From positions 37,200,001-37,264,000 of the forward strand of contig NC_135888.1 in the NCBI RefSeq assembly GCF_964194155.1: a DNA stretch of 64,000 bases, written 5' to 3'. The stretch is from Cetorhinus maximus (lineage: Eukaryota). A model generated the notes under the pieces. It worked only from the letters and a program-made list of their open reading frames with translations. It was not told where the DNA came from and ran no database searches. Made by a program: the position numbers and the translations under genes. Below, piece after piece: positions 26,516-39,761 of the stretch (position 1 is the first letter of the stretch; every line of letters begins with the position of its first letter).

Positions 26516-27911
26516 GCCCATGGAAGGAGAGAAGGATGCAACAGCTTTGAATCCCAGATCTGTTGACGTTTTATGGTTTTTTGAGCTGTGATCAGAGGCT
26601 GAAAGAAGAATGAAGCAACACATCTGCCCTGGATCACAGATGAAGGAGGAGTTTGAACACAAGTTACCAACGGCTGAATTGTAAGTGTCGCTTCCCTACA
26701 ATTTTGACCTATTTTACTTCACCATTAGGTTAAAAATGCTATATGCTCCTTGTGTTTGTTAAGTACTTTATTCACTAAACTTCAGTTCCAGTGAGACATC
26801 AGTAGGTGCATAAAATTAACTGCTAAATAATGCAATTTTTTTGCGAGAACATGGTAATACTGTCCTGTTAGTGAGGCCAGACAACTAATGCTCACACCAT
26901 ATAAAGTGGATATGGTGCTTTCAGGTCACAAGAGAAATTATTTCAGTAGAATTGAACACTTAAACTGGAAACATATGTTAGGAAAAATGCAAAAGTCAAT
27001 TTTAATAGGTTATTTGGAAAAGCTTAAGTGAGTGCACTATAATTTAAAATATTTAGGTGATTCAGCCAGAGGTGAGACAGTTCAGCTGAAAAAGAAACAT
27101 TACATTATGAATGAGAATACTTGTTAATGTGCAATGTTTTTGCTGGGGAGCTTAAGATACAAAAGATGCACATTTGTCACATTTATAATACTGGCTTTTT
27201 GCCCTCAACTCTCACCCTGTCCCAATTCATCAAGGATTAGGCTGCAAAATATGGGGCGATGTCTTTCTTTTTGAGAAAGCTGGTTGAGGGGTCAAAGCCC
27301 CATAATTCGTGATAGTGCCAAGGTTAACAAGAGGAAAGCTAAATCAATAGGTGGTGATATGATGTTAAGCTTAAGTGCTTAAAGTTTGTGGACGATAGCT
27401 AGAAGGAATTCCACAGTTTTGACATTCTGGGAACCCATGCATTAACGTTTAAGGCCGCACAATTTCAATTCAGCGAAGTTGCAGGGGAGAGGAAGAGCAT
27501 ATAAAAGAGAGTTTCAAGCTTTGTGGGAATAGGAAAGGCAAGTTTAAAGGAAATGATGATGATAGGGCATGTTAAAAAAAATGGAGAAAGATTAGGGATA
27601 TTGCAGACTAGAGATAATAAAAGAATCATCAATCAGACAAGATTTTTCTTGCTTCTGCCTAGTTCTCCATGCCTCATGCCTACAATCTCAGAAATAAAAT
27701 ATTCAAAAAAATGGGATCAGGTCTGTGATTTTCCTCACCACTAGATCCCCGCACCCACCCCCACCTCGCCTGCCTCCCCCACCCGTCACCTTTGCTCAAC
27801 AAAAAGATAACAGAGCAAATATTTTCTCCAAATCATTTGCAATCCAGAGCTGATTCAGTAATTTCGGCATTCACTTAAATTGAATACACCCACTGAGGCC
27901 ACCTGTTCTGG

Positions 27912-28087
27912 TGGGTTGCTAGGTAGCACCTTCACTTCTGAGTAAGAAGGTTGTGAATTCAATTCCTACTCCAACAACTTGAGTGCATAATATTGGTTCA
28001 CACTCTAGTTTAGTACTGATGGAATACTATTGTCAGAGGTGCCATCCTTTGGGTGAGATTTTAAACTAAGGCTACATCTGACCTCTC
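27912..28087 (+). mobile_element. 5' half of a Deu-SINE, truncated by an LTR
   Basis: GGTAGCAC..TCTGAGT..GAAGGTTGTGAATTCAATTCC..GTCAGAGGTGCCATCCTTTGGGTGAGA aligns with 26100-26250. Confidence 0.7.
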
Positions 28088-28375
28088 TGTTGTAATATGC
28101 CTTTAAGGGATAACAGCATGACATCCCTAGAAGTGAAGCAAGTCATGTGGCCCAGTATTAGTTTCATTTTTGCTTTGGGCAGAGATACAGTTCTGATCCC
28201 TTCAATCTTTATACCTACGTATTACTGTTCTCATGGTTCAGTCTTAATAAATGAACCCACAACATGATTACTCAATCCCTTATGAGCAATTGGTGCCTTG
28301 TGTCTTGTACAGTAAATAAGCTGAAGGTATTTATAGCATTATAATAAGATGACATGGTGGCAGCAGTGGAATGAC
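28088..28375 (+). mobile_element. Gypsy 5' LTR (28088-28354) with tRNA-Leu-type PBS
   Basis: TGTTGTAA...AATAAA...GATGACA followed by TGGTGGCAGCAGTGGAAT. Confidence 0.7.
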
Positions 28376-28484
28376 AAGTGGCAGCAAGGCTAAGTGCAGG
28401 TATGACATGGTGAACAGCCTTAGATCATGCTACATGGCATGAGATGACCGTTGACATTTTGATCAGACCGCAATGAAGTCATAG

Positions 28485-28652
28485 CACCCCCCATCCCCCC
28501 GGCCCCTTAAACCAGCTTATATTTCACCCCTTTCCTATTTTTACTTAGTTCTGTTGAAGGGTCATGAGGACTTGAAATGTCAACTGTGCTCTTCTCCGCC
28601 GATGCTGCCAGACCTGCTGAGTTTTTCCAGGTATTTCTGTCTGTTTTTGTTA
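28485..28652 (+). mobile_element. Penelope pseudo-LTR fragment with hammerhead-like motif
   Basis: Aligns to 985-1130 (CCCCTTAAACCAGCTTATATTTCACC..CTGTTGAAGGGTC..GAAATGTCAAC..GACCTGCTGAGTTTTTCCAGGTATT). Confidence 0.85.
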
Positions 28653-28914
28653 TGCTCTTTTACAAGTCCATTCCTTATCCACTTCATGGTCCACAGGTGA
28701 GTATTGCTCTGACAGTTCCATAGACCTTAACTAGCCTTGTTAAACAGGGTTACAAGTCCATTTTTTCAGTCTTGCTTTAAAACAGGGATTTCAAAGTCTT
28801 TGCTGAAAGTACGGATCCTTCAACGTATCTATATATAATCAGCAACAGTACTGATATAGAGCATAAATCATCAGTAACATGGATGGATTGTAAAGACGAT
28901 TGGTCCTTTAGAAA

Positions 28915-29152
28915 CCCTACCATCTGGAAGTTCCCCTCCAAGCCTCTTGGAAATATATCGCCGTTCCTTTACTGTCGCTGGCTCAAAATCCTGGAACTCC
29001 CTCCCTAACAGCACTGTGGGTGTACCTACATGACATGAAGTATAGCGGTTTAATAAGGCAGCTCACCACCACCTTCTCAAGGGGAATTAGGGATGGGCAA
29101 TAAATGCTGGCCCAGCCAGCGATGCTCACATCCCATGAATGAATAAAAAAAG
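28915..29152 (+). mobile_element. 3' end fragment of the APE-RT LINE family
   Basis: Aligns with 33330-33575 and ends CCCATGAATGAATAAAAAAA. Confidence 0.85.
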
Positions 29153-30856
29153 CCAGTCTTGTTCGGCATTAGTAATAATGCCAAAACGCTCTGGAATTGT
29201 TTTAAATCTTTCTTTCCACTTACCGAATTGAAAATAAACGTGCCGCAGGCAAATTCTTCTCATTATAAAGCAATTGCATCATGCTCACATTATCCTTACA
29301 CGCCCAGCTCACCTGGTTCCTGTGTTAAAATCGGGATCAATAGTTGACCACCCTCACAGTAATCTGCAGTGAGCAAAGAAAACAACAGAGTTACGACAAT
29401 TTTTACAGCAATAACAGCAACAAAAAGGGACAGCCTAGCAGAGTCGTTTGGTTTGAGTTTATATTAATGAAAGGAAAGCCTCCTCCAGTTTAAATTACTA
29501 CAAATGGGCTTGAAAAGTAAGTCAAGAGCTTCCTTACATTTTTGTGACTCCAAATTATTTCAAAACATACCATTGTTTTAAGGATATGTACTTAAAGCAA
29601 CACTGGTTTCACTTTAATGGCTATTTAAGAATTATGGCATTACTTTTCTCAACAAGTTAAGACTGATGAGATCTATTTTATTTTCGTTGCATTTACCACA
29701 GTTATAATTTAAGCCTTGCAACAGCAGCTTAGACAATCATTGTAGATTTTACATTCCTCATCTGAAGTGATCAACATTTGGGTTAATTTGCTTTAACACT
29801 GATGTTCTTGACATACCTAGATATGTAGCTTTCAGAATCTAAGAGCAATTAACACAAAGCTATTATAGCTATAGAGATTAAAGGAATTGAGCAAAATTGA
29901 GGAAATAAATGCCATGAAGAAAAGGACATTGGGAGTGAGGTCAGGACTTCAGGAAACACTAAATCAAAAATGTATTGTATCTCTAACTAACATTCAGGCA
30001 GGCAGCATTTATAAATAGTTGCAGTGTAAATATTTCAACTGTGCATTCTGTCAGGTACATACGTTCGCTCATGGGTGAGCCTCCATTGTGAATGCTTAAT
30101 GACCCTCTACATCATTATACAGGCGGTAGCAAAACAGCCTGATTTATTTTAATATCACCCTCCGTTAACTCCTGCCGCAATACATAAAGAATACATGAAG
30201 GCCGTGATTACCTAAGCAGAGAAATCTGGAAAAAAAACATTGGCGCAGTCCTCAGCTATGACTCATTACCAAGGCTTCCTTCAAGTCCCTTGTTAGCTCG
30301 CTTTCAGTAAATTACAAATGCTTCAGCTATTAATTGTCACTGTTTAACGCAGCTGCTATATTAGAACAAGAAGTGACAACAACAAGAAGACAGGCCCTGA
30401 AGGGTCAGAGACATTGAAACCGATTACACATTACCACAGCTTTAAGAATTTGGTAATTGTATTCTGGACCAGTTCAAATTCCCAGATGGCTCTTTGATAG
30501 GACGGGCTCAGTGCAAAGTGATCATTTGCCATTATAATGTTTCAAGAATGGTGCTGGTAGAATAAGCGGCAATGCTTTATTTAAAGAGTACATGAGCAGA
30601 CAGTGAAAGAGAATGCAATTACAGTGCAGCAAGCAATCAAACATACAGCCATTGGAATGGAAGCAAAGCCCAGCAGCAGAATATTTTTCATATTACTTAC
30701 TTTAGTCTCCTCTTGCATTCAGTCCCCTGCAGGGAGCCAAGTGTCACATCAACACAGATGAGGTAAATGAGCCCCCGTGGTGACCAGATGAGTGAGGCAA
30801 AGCTAAGGAGCAATCACAGTGAGTCAACAAAAATAACCAAAACAAATTAAAGACGA

Positions 30857-30948
30857 TGGCATAGTGGTATTGTTGCTGGACTAGTAATCCAGAGACTAGT
30901 AATCCAGTAGACCCAGGGTAATGCTCTGGGGACCTGAGTTTGAATCCC
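30857..30948 (+). promoter_or_regulatory. Pol III type-2 internal promoter (A box and B box) at the LINE 5' end
   Basis: A box TGGCATAGTGG 30857-67; B box GAGTTTGAATCCC 30936-48; a ~15-bp tandem duplication GACTAGTAATCCAG lies between them. Confidence 0.6.
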
Positions 30949-33575
30949 GCCATGGTAGATGGTGGAATTTGAATTCAATAAAAATCTGGAATTAAAAGTC
31001 TAATGATGGCCATGGGACCACTGTTGTAAAAATCCATCTGGTTCACTAATGTCCCTTTAGGGAAGGAAATCTGCCATCCTTAAATGGTCTGGCCTACAAT
31101 GTGGTTGACTCTTAAATGGCCCCAATTGTAACAAACTGCTACAAAGTCATAAAAAAGGAATGAAACCGGATGGACCACCCGGCATCGACCTAGGCACCGG
31201 AAACAACAACGGCAATTTCAGCCCTGTCGACCCTGCAAAGTCCTCCTTACTAACATCTGAGGGTTCATGTCAAAATTGGGAGAGCTGTTTCACAGACTAG
31301 TCAAGCAACAGCCTGACATAGTCATAGTCACAGCATCATACCTTACAGATAATATCCCAGACACCACCATCACCATCCCAGGGTATGCCCTGTCCCACTG
31401 GCATGACAGATCCAGCAGAGGTGGTTGGTATACAGTCAGGAGGGAGTTGCCCTTGGAGTCCTCAGCATCGACTCTGGAGCTCATGAAGTCTCATGGCATT
31501 AGGTCAAACATGGGCAAGGAAACCTCCTGCTGATTACCATGTACTGCCCTCCCTCAGCTGAGGAATCAGTGCTCCTCCATGCTGAACATCACTTGGAGGA
31601 AGCACTGAGGATGGAAAGCGTGCAGAATGTACTCTAGGTGGGAGGCTTCAATGTCCATCAGCAAGAGTGGCTCGGTAGCACCACCACTAACCGATCTGGC
31701 TGAGTCCTAAAGGACATGTCTGCTAGACTGGGTCTTCAGCAGGTGGTGAGGGAACCAACAAGAGGGAAAAACATACTTGACCTCACCCTCATCAACCTGC
31801 CTGCCGTAGATGCATCTGTCCATGACAGTATCGGTGGAAGTAACCACCGCGTAGTCGTTGTGGAGGCGAAATCCCGCCTTCACATTGAGGATATCCTCCA
31901 TTGTGTTGTGTGGCACAACCACCGTACTAAATGGGATAGATTTTGAACAGATCTAGCAACTCAAGACTGGGCATCCATGAGGCGCTGTGGGCCATCAGCA
32001 GCAGCAGAATTGTACTCGAACACAATCTGTAACCTCATGGCCCAGCATATCCCCAACTCGACCATTACCATCTAGCCAGGGGATCACCCCTGGTTCAATG
32101 GAGAATGCAGGAGGGCATGCCAGGAGCAGCACAGGGCATACCTAAAAATGAATTGTCAACTTGGTGAAGCTATAACACAGGACTACTTATGTGCCAAATA
32201 TCATAAGCAGTAAGTGATAAACAGAGCTAAACAATCCCACAACCAATGGATCAGATCTAAGCTCTGCAGCCCTGCCACATCCAGTCATGAATGATGGTGG
32301 ACAATTAAACATCTCACTAGAGGAGGAGGGTCCACAAATATCCCCACCCTCAATGATGGGGGAGCCCATTACATCAGGGCAAAAGATAAGGCTGAAGCAT
32401 TTGTGACAACCTCCGGCCAGAAGTGCCAGATGGATGATCCATCTCGGCCTCCTCTGGAGGTCTCCAGCATCACAGATGGCAGTCTTCAGCCAATTCGATT
32501 CAATCTACATGATATCAAGAAACAACTGAAGGCACTGGATAGTGGTTGTTGGAGGTCAGTCATCTCAGCTCCAGGACATCACTGCAGGAGTTCCTCAGGG
32601 TAGTGCCCTCACCACAACCATCTTCAGCTGCTTCAACAATGACCTTCCCTCCATCATAAGGTCAGAAGTGGGGATGTTCGCTGATGATTGCACAATGTTC
32701 AGCACCATTCGCGACTCCACAGATACTGAAGCAGTCAATGTCCAAATGCAGCAAGACCTGGACAATATCCAGGCTTGGGCTAGCAAGTGGCAAGTAACAT
32801 TCACGCCACACAAGTGTCAGGCAATGACCATCTCCAACAAGAAAGAATCCAACCATCGCCCCTTGATGTTCAATGGCATTACCATCACTGAATCCCCCAC
32901 TGTCAACATCCTGGAGGTTGCCATTGACCAAAAACTGAACTGAACGATCCATATAAATATTATGGCTACATGAGCAGGTCAGAGGCCAGGAATCGTGCAA
33001 TGAGTAACTCACCTCCTGACTCCTCAAAGCCTGTCCACCATCTACAAGGCACAAGTCAGGAGCGTGATGGAGTACTCCCTACTTGCCTGGATGAGTGCAG
33101 CTCCCAAAACACTCAAGAAGCTTGACACCATACAGGACAATGCAGCCCGCTTGATTGGTGCCACATCCACAAATATTCACTCCCTCCACCACCGACGCAC
33201 AATAGCAGCAGTGTGTACCACCTACAAGGTGCACTGCAGGAATTCATCAAGGCTCCTTCAACAGCAACTTCCAAACCCACGACCATTACCATCTAGAAGG
33301 ACAAGGGCAGCAGATAGATGGGAACACCACCACCTGGAAGTTCCCCTCCAAGTCACTCACCATCCTGACTTGGAAATATATCGTCGTTCCTTCACTGTCG
33401 CTGGGTCAAAATCCTGGAACTCCCTTCCTAAAAGCATTATGTGTGTACCTACACCACATGGACTGCAGCGGTTCAAGAAGGCAGCTCACCACTACCTCCT
33501 CAAGGGCAACTAGGGATGGGCAATAAATGTAGGCCCAGCCAGTGAAGCTCACATCCCATGAATGAATTAAAAAAA
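30857..33575 (+). mobile_element. Single-ORF APE-RT LINE with tRNA/SINE-like 5' head and an internal deletion of the N-terminal RT
   Basis: Head with A and B boxes; APE motifs (LTNI*G..QPDIVIVT, FNVH, PTRGKNILDL..SNH); PW motif; junction ..LKALD|VVVGGQSS at ~32540; GVPQGS..MFADD; tail ATGAATGAATTAAAAAAA. Confidence 0.9.
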
Positions 33576-34284
33576 CACTTCATTTTCTGTGGCATAGTTC
33601 AATATTAGCATGTTTCAAATATAGTTAACTACGTATCACAGAATAGTAAAGTACATATCTCTAGGGATGACGCTAAAGCTTCAGGATAATAACAGTGAGA
33701 ATATCAGTGCTTGCCATTATAATGGAATAAATTGGACAGCAACTTCAGCCATCAGCCCACGGGTGGTGAAACATGGAGTTCAGGAAGTTTCTGTCCAATT
33801 TGCGCTGCTCTTCTGCAAGTTTCACCAAAGCCGTGCCTCACCAAGAGACTCAGCATTAAAATGCATGATGGGCATGAGGTTGCTGTATTTTTTTACCTAC
33901 TAAACAAGCCAAAACTATTTAGGACTTGTCAACTCAACTGCATTGAAAATTAACTTTTACAAGTGTTCAATTTCATTCCTTCTGATTTTGGTACATAATC
34001 TGACATTGAATTAAATATTCTGTCGCATCCTGGATTAGGATCTTTGTGTCTCAGTGAGAATTCTTCAGTTTGATTGGTTTGTCTCACACAGGTCCCTGAT
34101 CCTCCCTGGAGTAGCTATGCAATGTTGGACTCACAGTGACTGTAAGTGGTTGCTCAAAAGCCCAAAGAAACTCTGTTGGCAGCTGTAAGTATTGTTAATG
34201 GCAAGCACCAGTCTTTCACCACTGACTGCAAAATCTGGCTAGTGTGTTGATCAGCTTCTCCGCATATTGTGGTGTTCAATTCTA

Positions 34285-34600
34285 CAACAACTGCTAACAT
34301 TTATATATTACATTTTATGTTGTAAAATGTCACAAGTTGCTTCACAGGACCATCATCAAACAGAACCACAGATGCAATATTAGAGCAGACACCCAAACAA
34401 TTGGTTAAACAGATACGTTTTAAGGAGCATCTTAAAGAAAAAGAGAAGTAGAGAGGCCAAGAGGTTTAGAGAGGGAATTCCTGAGCTTGGGACCTTGCCT
34501 GCTGAAGGCATGATCTCCAATGTTGAAGTGATTAAAATCGGAAGAGGAGAACAGGCCAGAATTGGAGCAGTACAGATATCTTGTAAGGCTGGAGGACGTT
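34285..34600 (-). mobile_element. L2 LINE 3' end
   Basis: NIGDHAFSRQGPKLRNSL matches the L2 ORF2 C-terminal motif; tail ends in (GTT)n. Confidence 0.75.
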
Positions 34601-35214
34601 ACAAAGATAGAATCACCCAGCCAAAAAAGATAGCACACATATGTACTGGACAGGGTGTGAAGAAGAACATTATGATCAATTCCAATTGCAAAGGAGACAA
34701 GCTATGAGTAAAGACTAGAGAAATGTACTCACGTGGTATATAAAACAATAATGATAAACCTAGCATGATAAACCTGGAATATTATTTTAAAACAATCAAG
34801 GACAATTGAGCACAGGTGTAAATTTGGATTTCTGAATAGAAATAGGGATGATCCTGTCTGATGTGTGGTCAGTGGCTTTTTGGACCCAACAGTCTACCTA
34901 CCCTGCCAACCCAATTTTCTTTCCTTTCCCTTTGAGTAATTTTAACATTGCTAGGAAATGCAAGTACTACAAATCCTTTCAGATACAGGAATTTGCCGAG
35001 TTCCCTCGAGCTTCATCTTTAAGCTTTTGCACTAAGCATTTCCCCCTAATGTCAATCAGTCTTCTGTCTGAATTTCCTATTTATTTTAACTCCTCTTGTC
35101 TCGAAAATATATTTTCTAATTCTGGAACCCTGTAGGTAGCAGAAAAAGTGCGTATTTTTCTATTTGTTGCACCTCTTCAAAATTAAAAACCTCTATCAGG
35201 TCATTCCTCCCTCC

Positions 35215-35590
35215 TCATTCTCTGTAATATGGGCATCACTGCAAAGGCTGGCACTTATTGCCCAAGCTGATCTTGTGATATGATGGTGAATCTTTTTCTT
35301 GAACTGCTGCAGCCCATTTAGTGAGGTTGTTCCACCCACAATGCTGATAGGTTGGGAATTGTTCTTCTTTGCAGTGGTTTGATATAACTGAGTGCCTTGC
35401 TGGGGCACTTTAGAGGGCAGGTAATAGTCAACCACTTTGGTGTGGAACTGGAGTCAGATATCAAATAGACTGAATAAGTACGGCAGGTTTCCTTCCCTGA
35501 AATGGACGTTAGTTGGGATTTATGATAATCCAGCAGATTCATCATTACTTTTTAATGATACCCGGCTTCCTATCCAGATTTTTGAACCAA
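35215..35590 (-). mobile_element. SINE-like internally deleted derivative of the 30857-33575 LINE family
   Basis: Minus strand joins sequence like 30980-31140 (CAGGGAAGGAAACCTGCCGT..GTGGTTGACT) directly to sequence like 33420-33565 (CTGCAGCAGTTCAAGAA..GGGCAATAAG). Confidence 0.7.
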
Positions 35591-37132
35591 ATTCACATTT
35601 ATCTATTCATAATTAATAAAACTTACAGTGGTGCTCATATCATTAGGTGAAGTCCTAATCTCTGTCTGTTCTTGATTCCGTTATATAACCCTCTTCAATG
35701 ACACCTTTTCCATGATAGCCTTCAGGATGACAATATTGCAATCAACATTGAACAAGCTCTTTGAGGCTGCGATGACATTAACATTTCTCCAGGCATTTGC
35801 CTTTCATATTTCATCTTCATAAATGAATCTGTTTCTGATTTCTAATGCGGAACATCATAACCTTGGAATTAAAGAGGCAGTTGGAACTGTAGAATACTTA
35901 CTTTTTCAATCAACTAATAAAAATGTAATCTTGGCATTTTAATTTTATCACAGATTTACTACAGTATTCATCAGACGGTTAAAGGCAGTTGAAAATCCTT
36001 TAAGAACAAATTCAAAGGATAAGATATCCACAATAATGTAATTATATGGTTTCATGTTCTGTAAACAAAACAACAAATACTTGCTTTAATATAGAGCCTT
36101 TCAGGACCTCAGCATGTCCCAAGGCACTTTATAGCTTATGAAATACTTTTGGAGTCACTGTTGTAATGTAGAGAAATGGAACTGCCAACTTTCACACAGT
36201 CACACAAAGAACAATTAAATAAATTAACAGGTCACCAGTTTTAGGCACTGGTTGAAGGATACATTTTGTCCAGGACAGTGGGGAGAACCCCCTTCTCTTC
36301 ATCGAATAGTGTCATAGGATCTGTATGTCAAAAACTTGCATTTACATAGTATCACTAATATAGCCGGAAAGGCAAGTATTACTCCTAATAGAGTTCTAAA
36401 CATTATGAGAAATACTTCAAAGCCAACCATTTCCATGTTCTAATGAGGGGAACTGCTATAATGAATATTCCACAAAGTAGCATTAAATCTGATATAAAAA
36501 GGGATTCTTAGACCTGTAGTCTTTTTAACTGGGTGTAGTTAAGTTAATGGCCCTATTATTCTGCAAGTGCTGGTTTGATACCAATACTAGCTCTAGAATG
36601 GTGTAAGGAGACAACATTAGGTTATATTATGCCAAGCAGGCAAAGTGGATTTGTGTGTGCACATTTAAACCCTTGTGTACAGTCCTCTGCTAACAGCAGG
36701 ATGTCAAGGAAATTTTTAAGGTCACCCAAGACTCAACTATACTGTAGCTGATAGAAATTAGGTAACCTCCTTATGGTGAAGGGAGATATACATTTTTTGC
36801 AGAGTTATCTGTGAAGTATACTCCTGTACCATAAAGTTGCAATGGGCCAGATTGCTATACTGCTGTGACATGATTTCTGTGCAGCCTAGATGCACATTGC
36901 CCAAAGTTATATGGTGTGAAGTCTCCCATTTAAGGTCAATTTGAATTTCAGCAAGTGCCATAAAATTACTTACTTCATACCAGAGATATACTATGGCTGG
37001 CTGTGTAAGTGCAACAAATATCCAGAACGTATGGTAATAGTTGTTTATCAATGATCTACAAGGCTGGGTCAATCAAGCTATGATCCAGGAGAACCTGAAA
37101 ACTGAATTGAACCATGAAGCCATTGACACTTA

Positions 37133-37324
37133 GGGCAGAATTTTGCTGTCAGTGTGCGGGGGCGGGCCCGACACGCTGACGTGTAAAATGATGCGCAATG
37201 ACATCGGGCGTGCATCCCAACGTCATTGCACGTCATTTCGATATTCCGTTCAATGGGCGCGTGCCAGAGTCAACTCCACCACCCGTCCCCACCCAGCCCG
37301 CCCGCCATAGGAAAAATTCTCCCC
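37133..37324. mobile_element. Harbinger-type MITE
   Basis: TTA|GGGCAGAATTTT...AAAATTCTCCCC|TTA. Confidence 0.8.
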
Positions 37325-39055
37325 TTAGTTTTAGTCGAAAATGTGGCAGAAACAGATTCAACAATAGCTTTCAAAAGATAATTGGACATAGCTTTGGATG
37401 ATTTGTTAATTTAAAGACACTATATATATATGCAAGTTGTTGGTATTGCAAGACTACGGAGAAAGAGCAGGGGAATGGGACTAGCACGGGCATAATGTGC
37501 CAAAATGGCCTCGTTCATGCTGTATAATTCTAAGATTTCATATGTGAATATTGTAGGATAGTTTCTGCTTTAGGTGCAATTGTCAATTTTGGCTCAAATT
37601 GTGTCAGACATTGCGCTCATTTTGAAAAGTCTTCTCTCCCCCCACGTTTCCACTCAAAGTCATTTGCAAATCATTCAAAGCTAAATCTGCTATGAACCAG
37701 TGCAGTCAGGTAGCATTTTAGAACATATTTTTTCTGATTTGCTTTTTTAAAAAAATCCCTATTATTTTTAAGAGTGGTAACTTGGTAAAGTTTGGCTAAT
37801 AGAACTGAAAATGGGTTCTCAAAATACCAGCACGTTAACTCACAGGGTCACAGGTACCACCTGTGTGCAACTGATTTTAATTGGCTGAAAATGGCTTGTA
37901 AAATTCTGCAATCTTTTGTACCTAACACAGCAATATCAGGAGAATTGTGTTGAAAGAAAGCGTGTTTGAATAGAAACTCCAGGCCTGTATTTTTATCGAC
38001 TTCTTACCGCTACAAAGTAAATATGCCAAGCAGAGTTGTGGAACAGCACAGAGTATCACAGTGACAGAGTTACAAGGGTAAGAAAGCTTGTAAAGTAGGA
38101 CCTGAAGGTATGCAACTTTATGTATCTAGTGTTATTTCTTTGACAGCTAGTTGCTGGAAAATGAACTGCTCTGTATATGTTGTTACGCAGAAATGGATAG
38201 CAATGAGCGGATTATCAGACAGATACACCAATCTTGCGTTGGTGATTGCAGGTCCTTGTGACTTTACCGGTCCACGGGGCCCTACAATTTATGTAACCAT
38301 TTCAAATTTGCTGAGTGCCACATTTCACGAATTAGAAATTGATTTTTGTCATTGGAAAGGTTGCTTTTGCTTACCTCTCTCGCCTCCAGTTCCTCAGCTT
38401 TGTGATCTTACTTTAGCAGTTGAATGTGACATGACATTCTCTGAAGTCAACGAGTTGCCATTTGTTTCAAATTGAGTTTCTGCTGCTTTGTTTCATTGAT
38501 TTTGACACTGTCTTCCAAAAAAAAACATCGAATTGTGATAAAGGACAAAAATCATTGAGAGCACTTGCTATGTTTAACATGGAATTGCTCTCTCCACATG
38601 ACATGCTTCTCAAATGAGTAAACACTGGAAAAATGTACATGGGTGGAACTGAAAACATATTCTGTTTTCAGAACAGAAGGCAGCAGACGCTCTGAAAAAA
38701 GAAATGGCAAGAAAAATGAAAATGGACCTTTGACCACTCAAAATCACTGACTAGTCACAGATGTGGCTACAGTGATAAGTTGCCCATGTGCACCAATAAT
38801 ATTCAAAAAAGAATTGCACACAATGCAGGTAAATGTACTCATGTGTATATTAAGTTAAATATCTATAACCGTTCCATGTGAAGGGTTGGAACTCATCTTG
38901 GGAAATTCAGAGCAGCTGATTGCGAATCAGAAGCCTGTTTTACTGATTGCTTTCTACATTAAATCATTGATATCATTTCATATCCAGCGATGCTGTTAGC
39001 TCCAAGCAGGCAACCTATCTGGCACATAATAACATACACGAAACTAAAACTTATG

Positions 39056-39761
39056 GGGCAGAATGTTCTGTCTGTTGGGCGGGCGGGCCCGACCCAATCT
39101 CCGGTGGGCGGGGAGCCGATCCCCGCCGGAGAAGTGGGCCCCGCCGCTATTTTACGTGGGCAGGCCAATTAAGGCCCGCCCAGCGTGACGTCCAGTGGGA
39201 AGCTCTATAGGCTTCCTGTGCAGGCGGGGGGCATTCCCCAAAAGCGAGAGTGCCCTCTTTCGCACATGCGCACAAAAGAGCGCACATCTCCCTGAGGCAA
39301 AGTGCAGCCTCAGGGAGATCGCTTTCACTTTGAAAAAGATTAAAAATAGAATAAAAAAAGCCCTAACATGTCCCCCTCATGTGACAATGTCACATTAGAT
39401 GGGACATGTTCATAAGTTACTCTATAACTTTATTAAACTTTTAAAAACCCTGCATGAAACCTCATCCCATCGGTGGATTAGGTTTCATGTTTTTTCTCTT
39501 TGCCACCGGGGCTCCTGGTCTGCCTACCAACCTTAAGGTTGGATCGTCAGGTCCTTTAATTGTTTAAATGATCCTGTCAATGCCCTCAATTGGCCATTGA
39601 CAGGTCGGCGGGCCCGCAGCTGATTTTGCTGCGCCCCCGCCTTACTGAAAATTTAAATGGGGCAGGATGATGTCGGGGGTTCCGCCCAACGTCATCCTAC
39701 ATCATTTTACATATCGGCGAGTGGGCCCCGCCCCCTGCTCGCCGACGGAAAAATCCTGCCC
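39056..39761. mobile_element. Harbinger-type MITE (CpG-rich, relatively young)
   Basis: ATG|GGGCAGAATGTT...AAAATCCTGCCC|ATG. Confidence 0.85.

Noticed and set aside
30857-30955. tRNA gene (also 26088 and 40225)
   Set aside because: No complete cloverleaf, and each continues into a SINE or LINE body; these are tRNA-derived heads.
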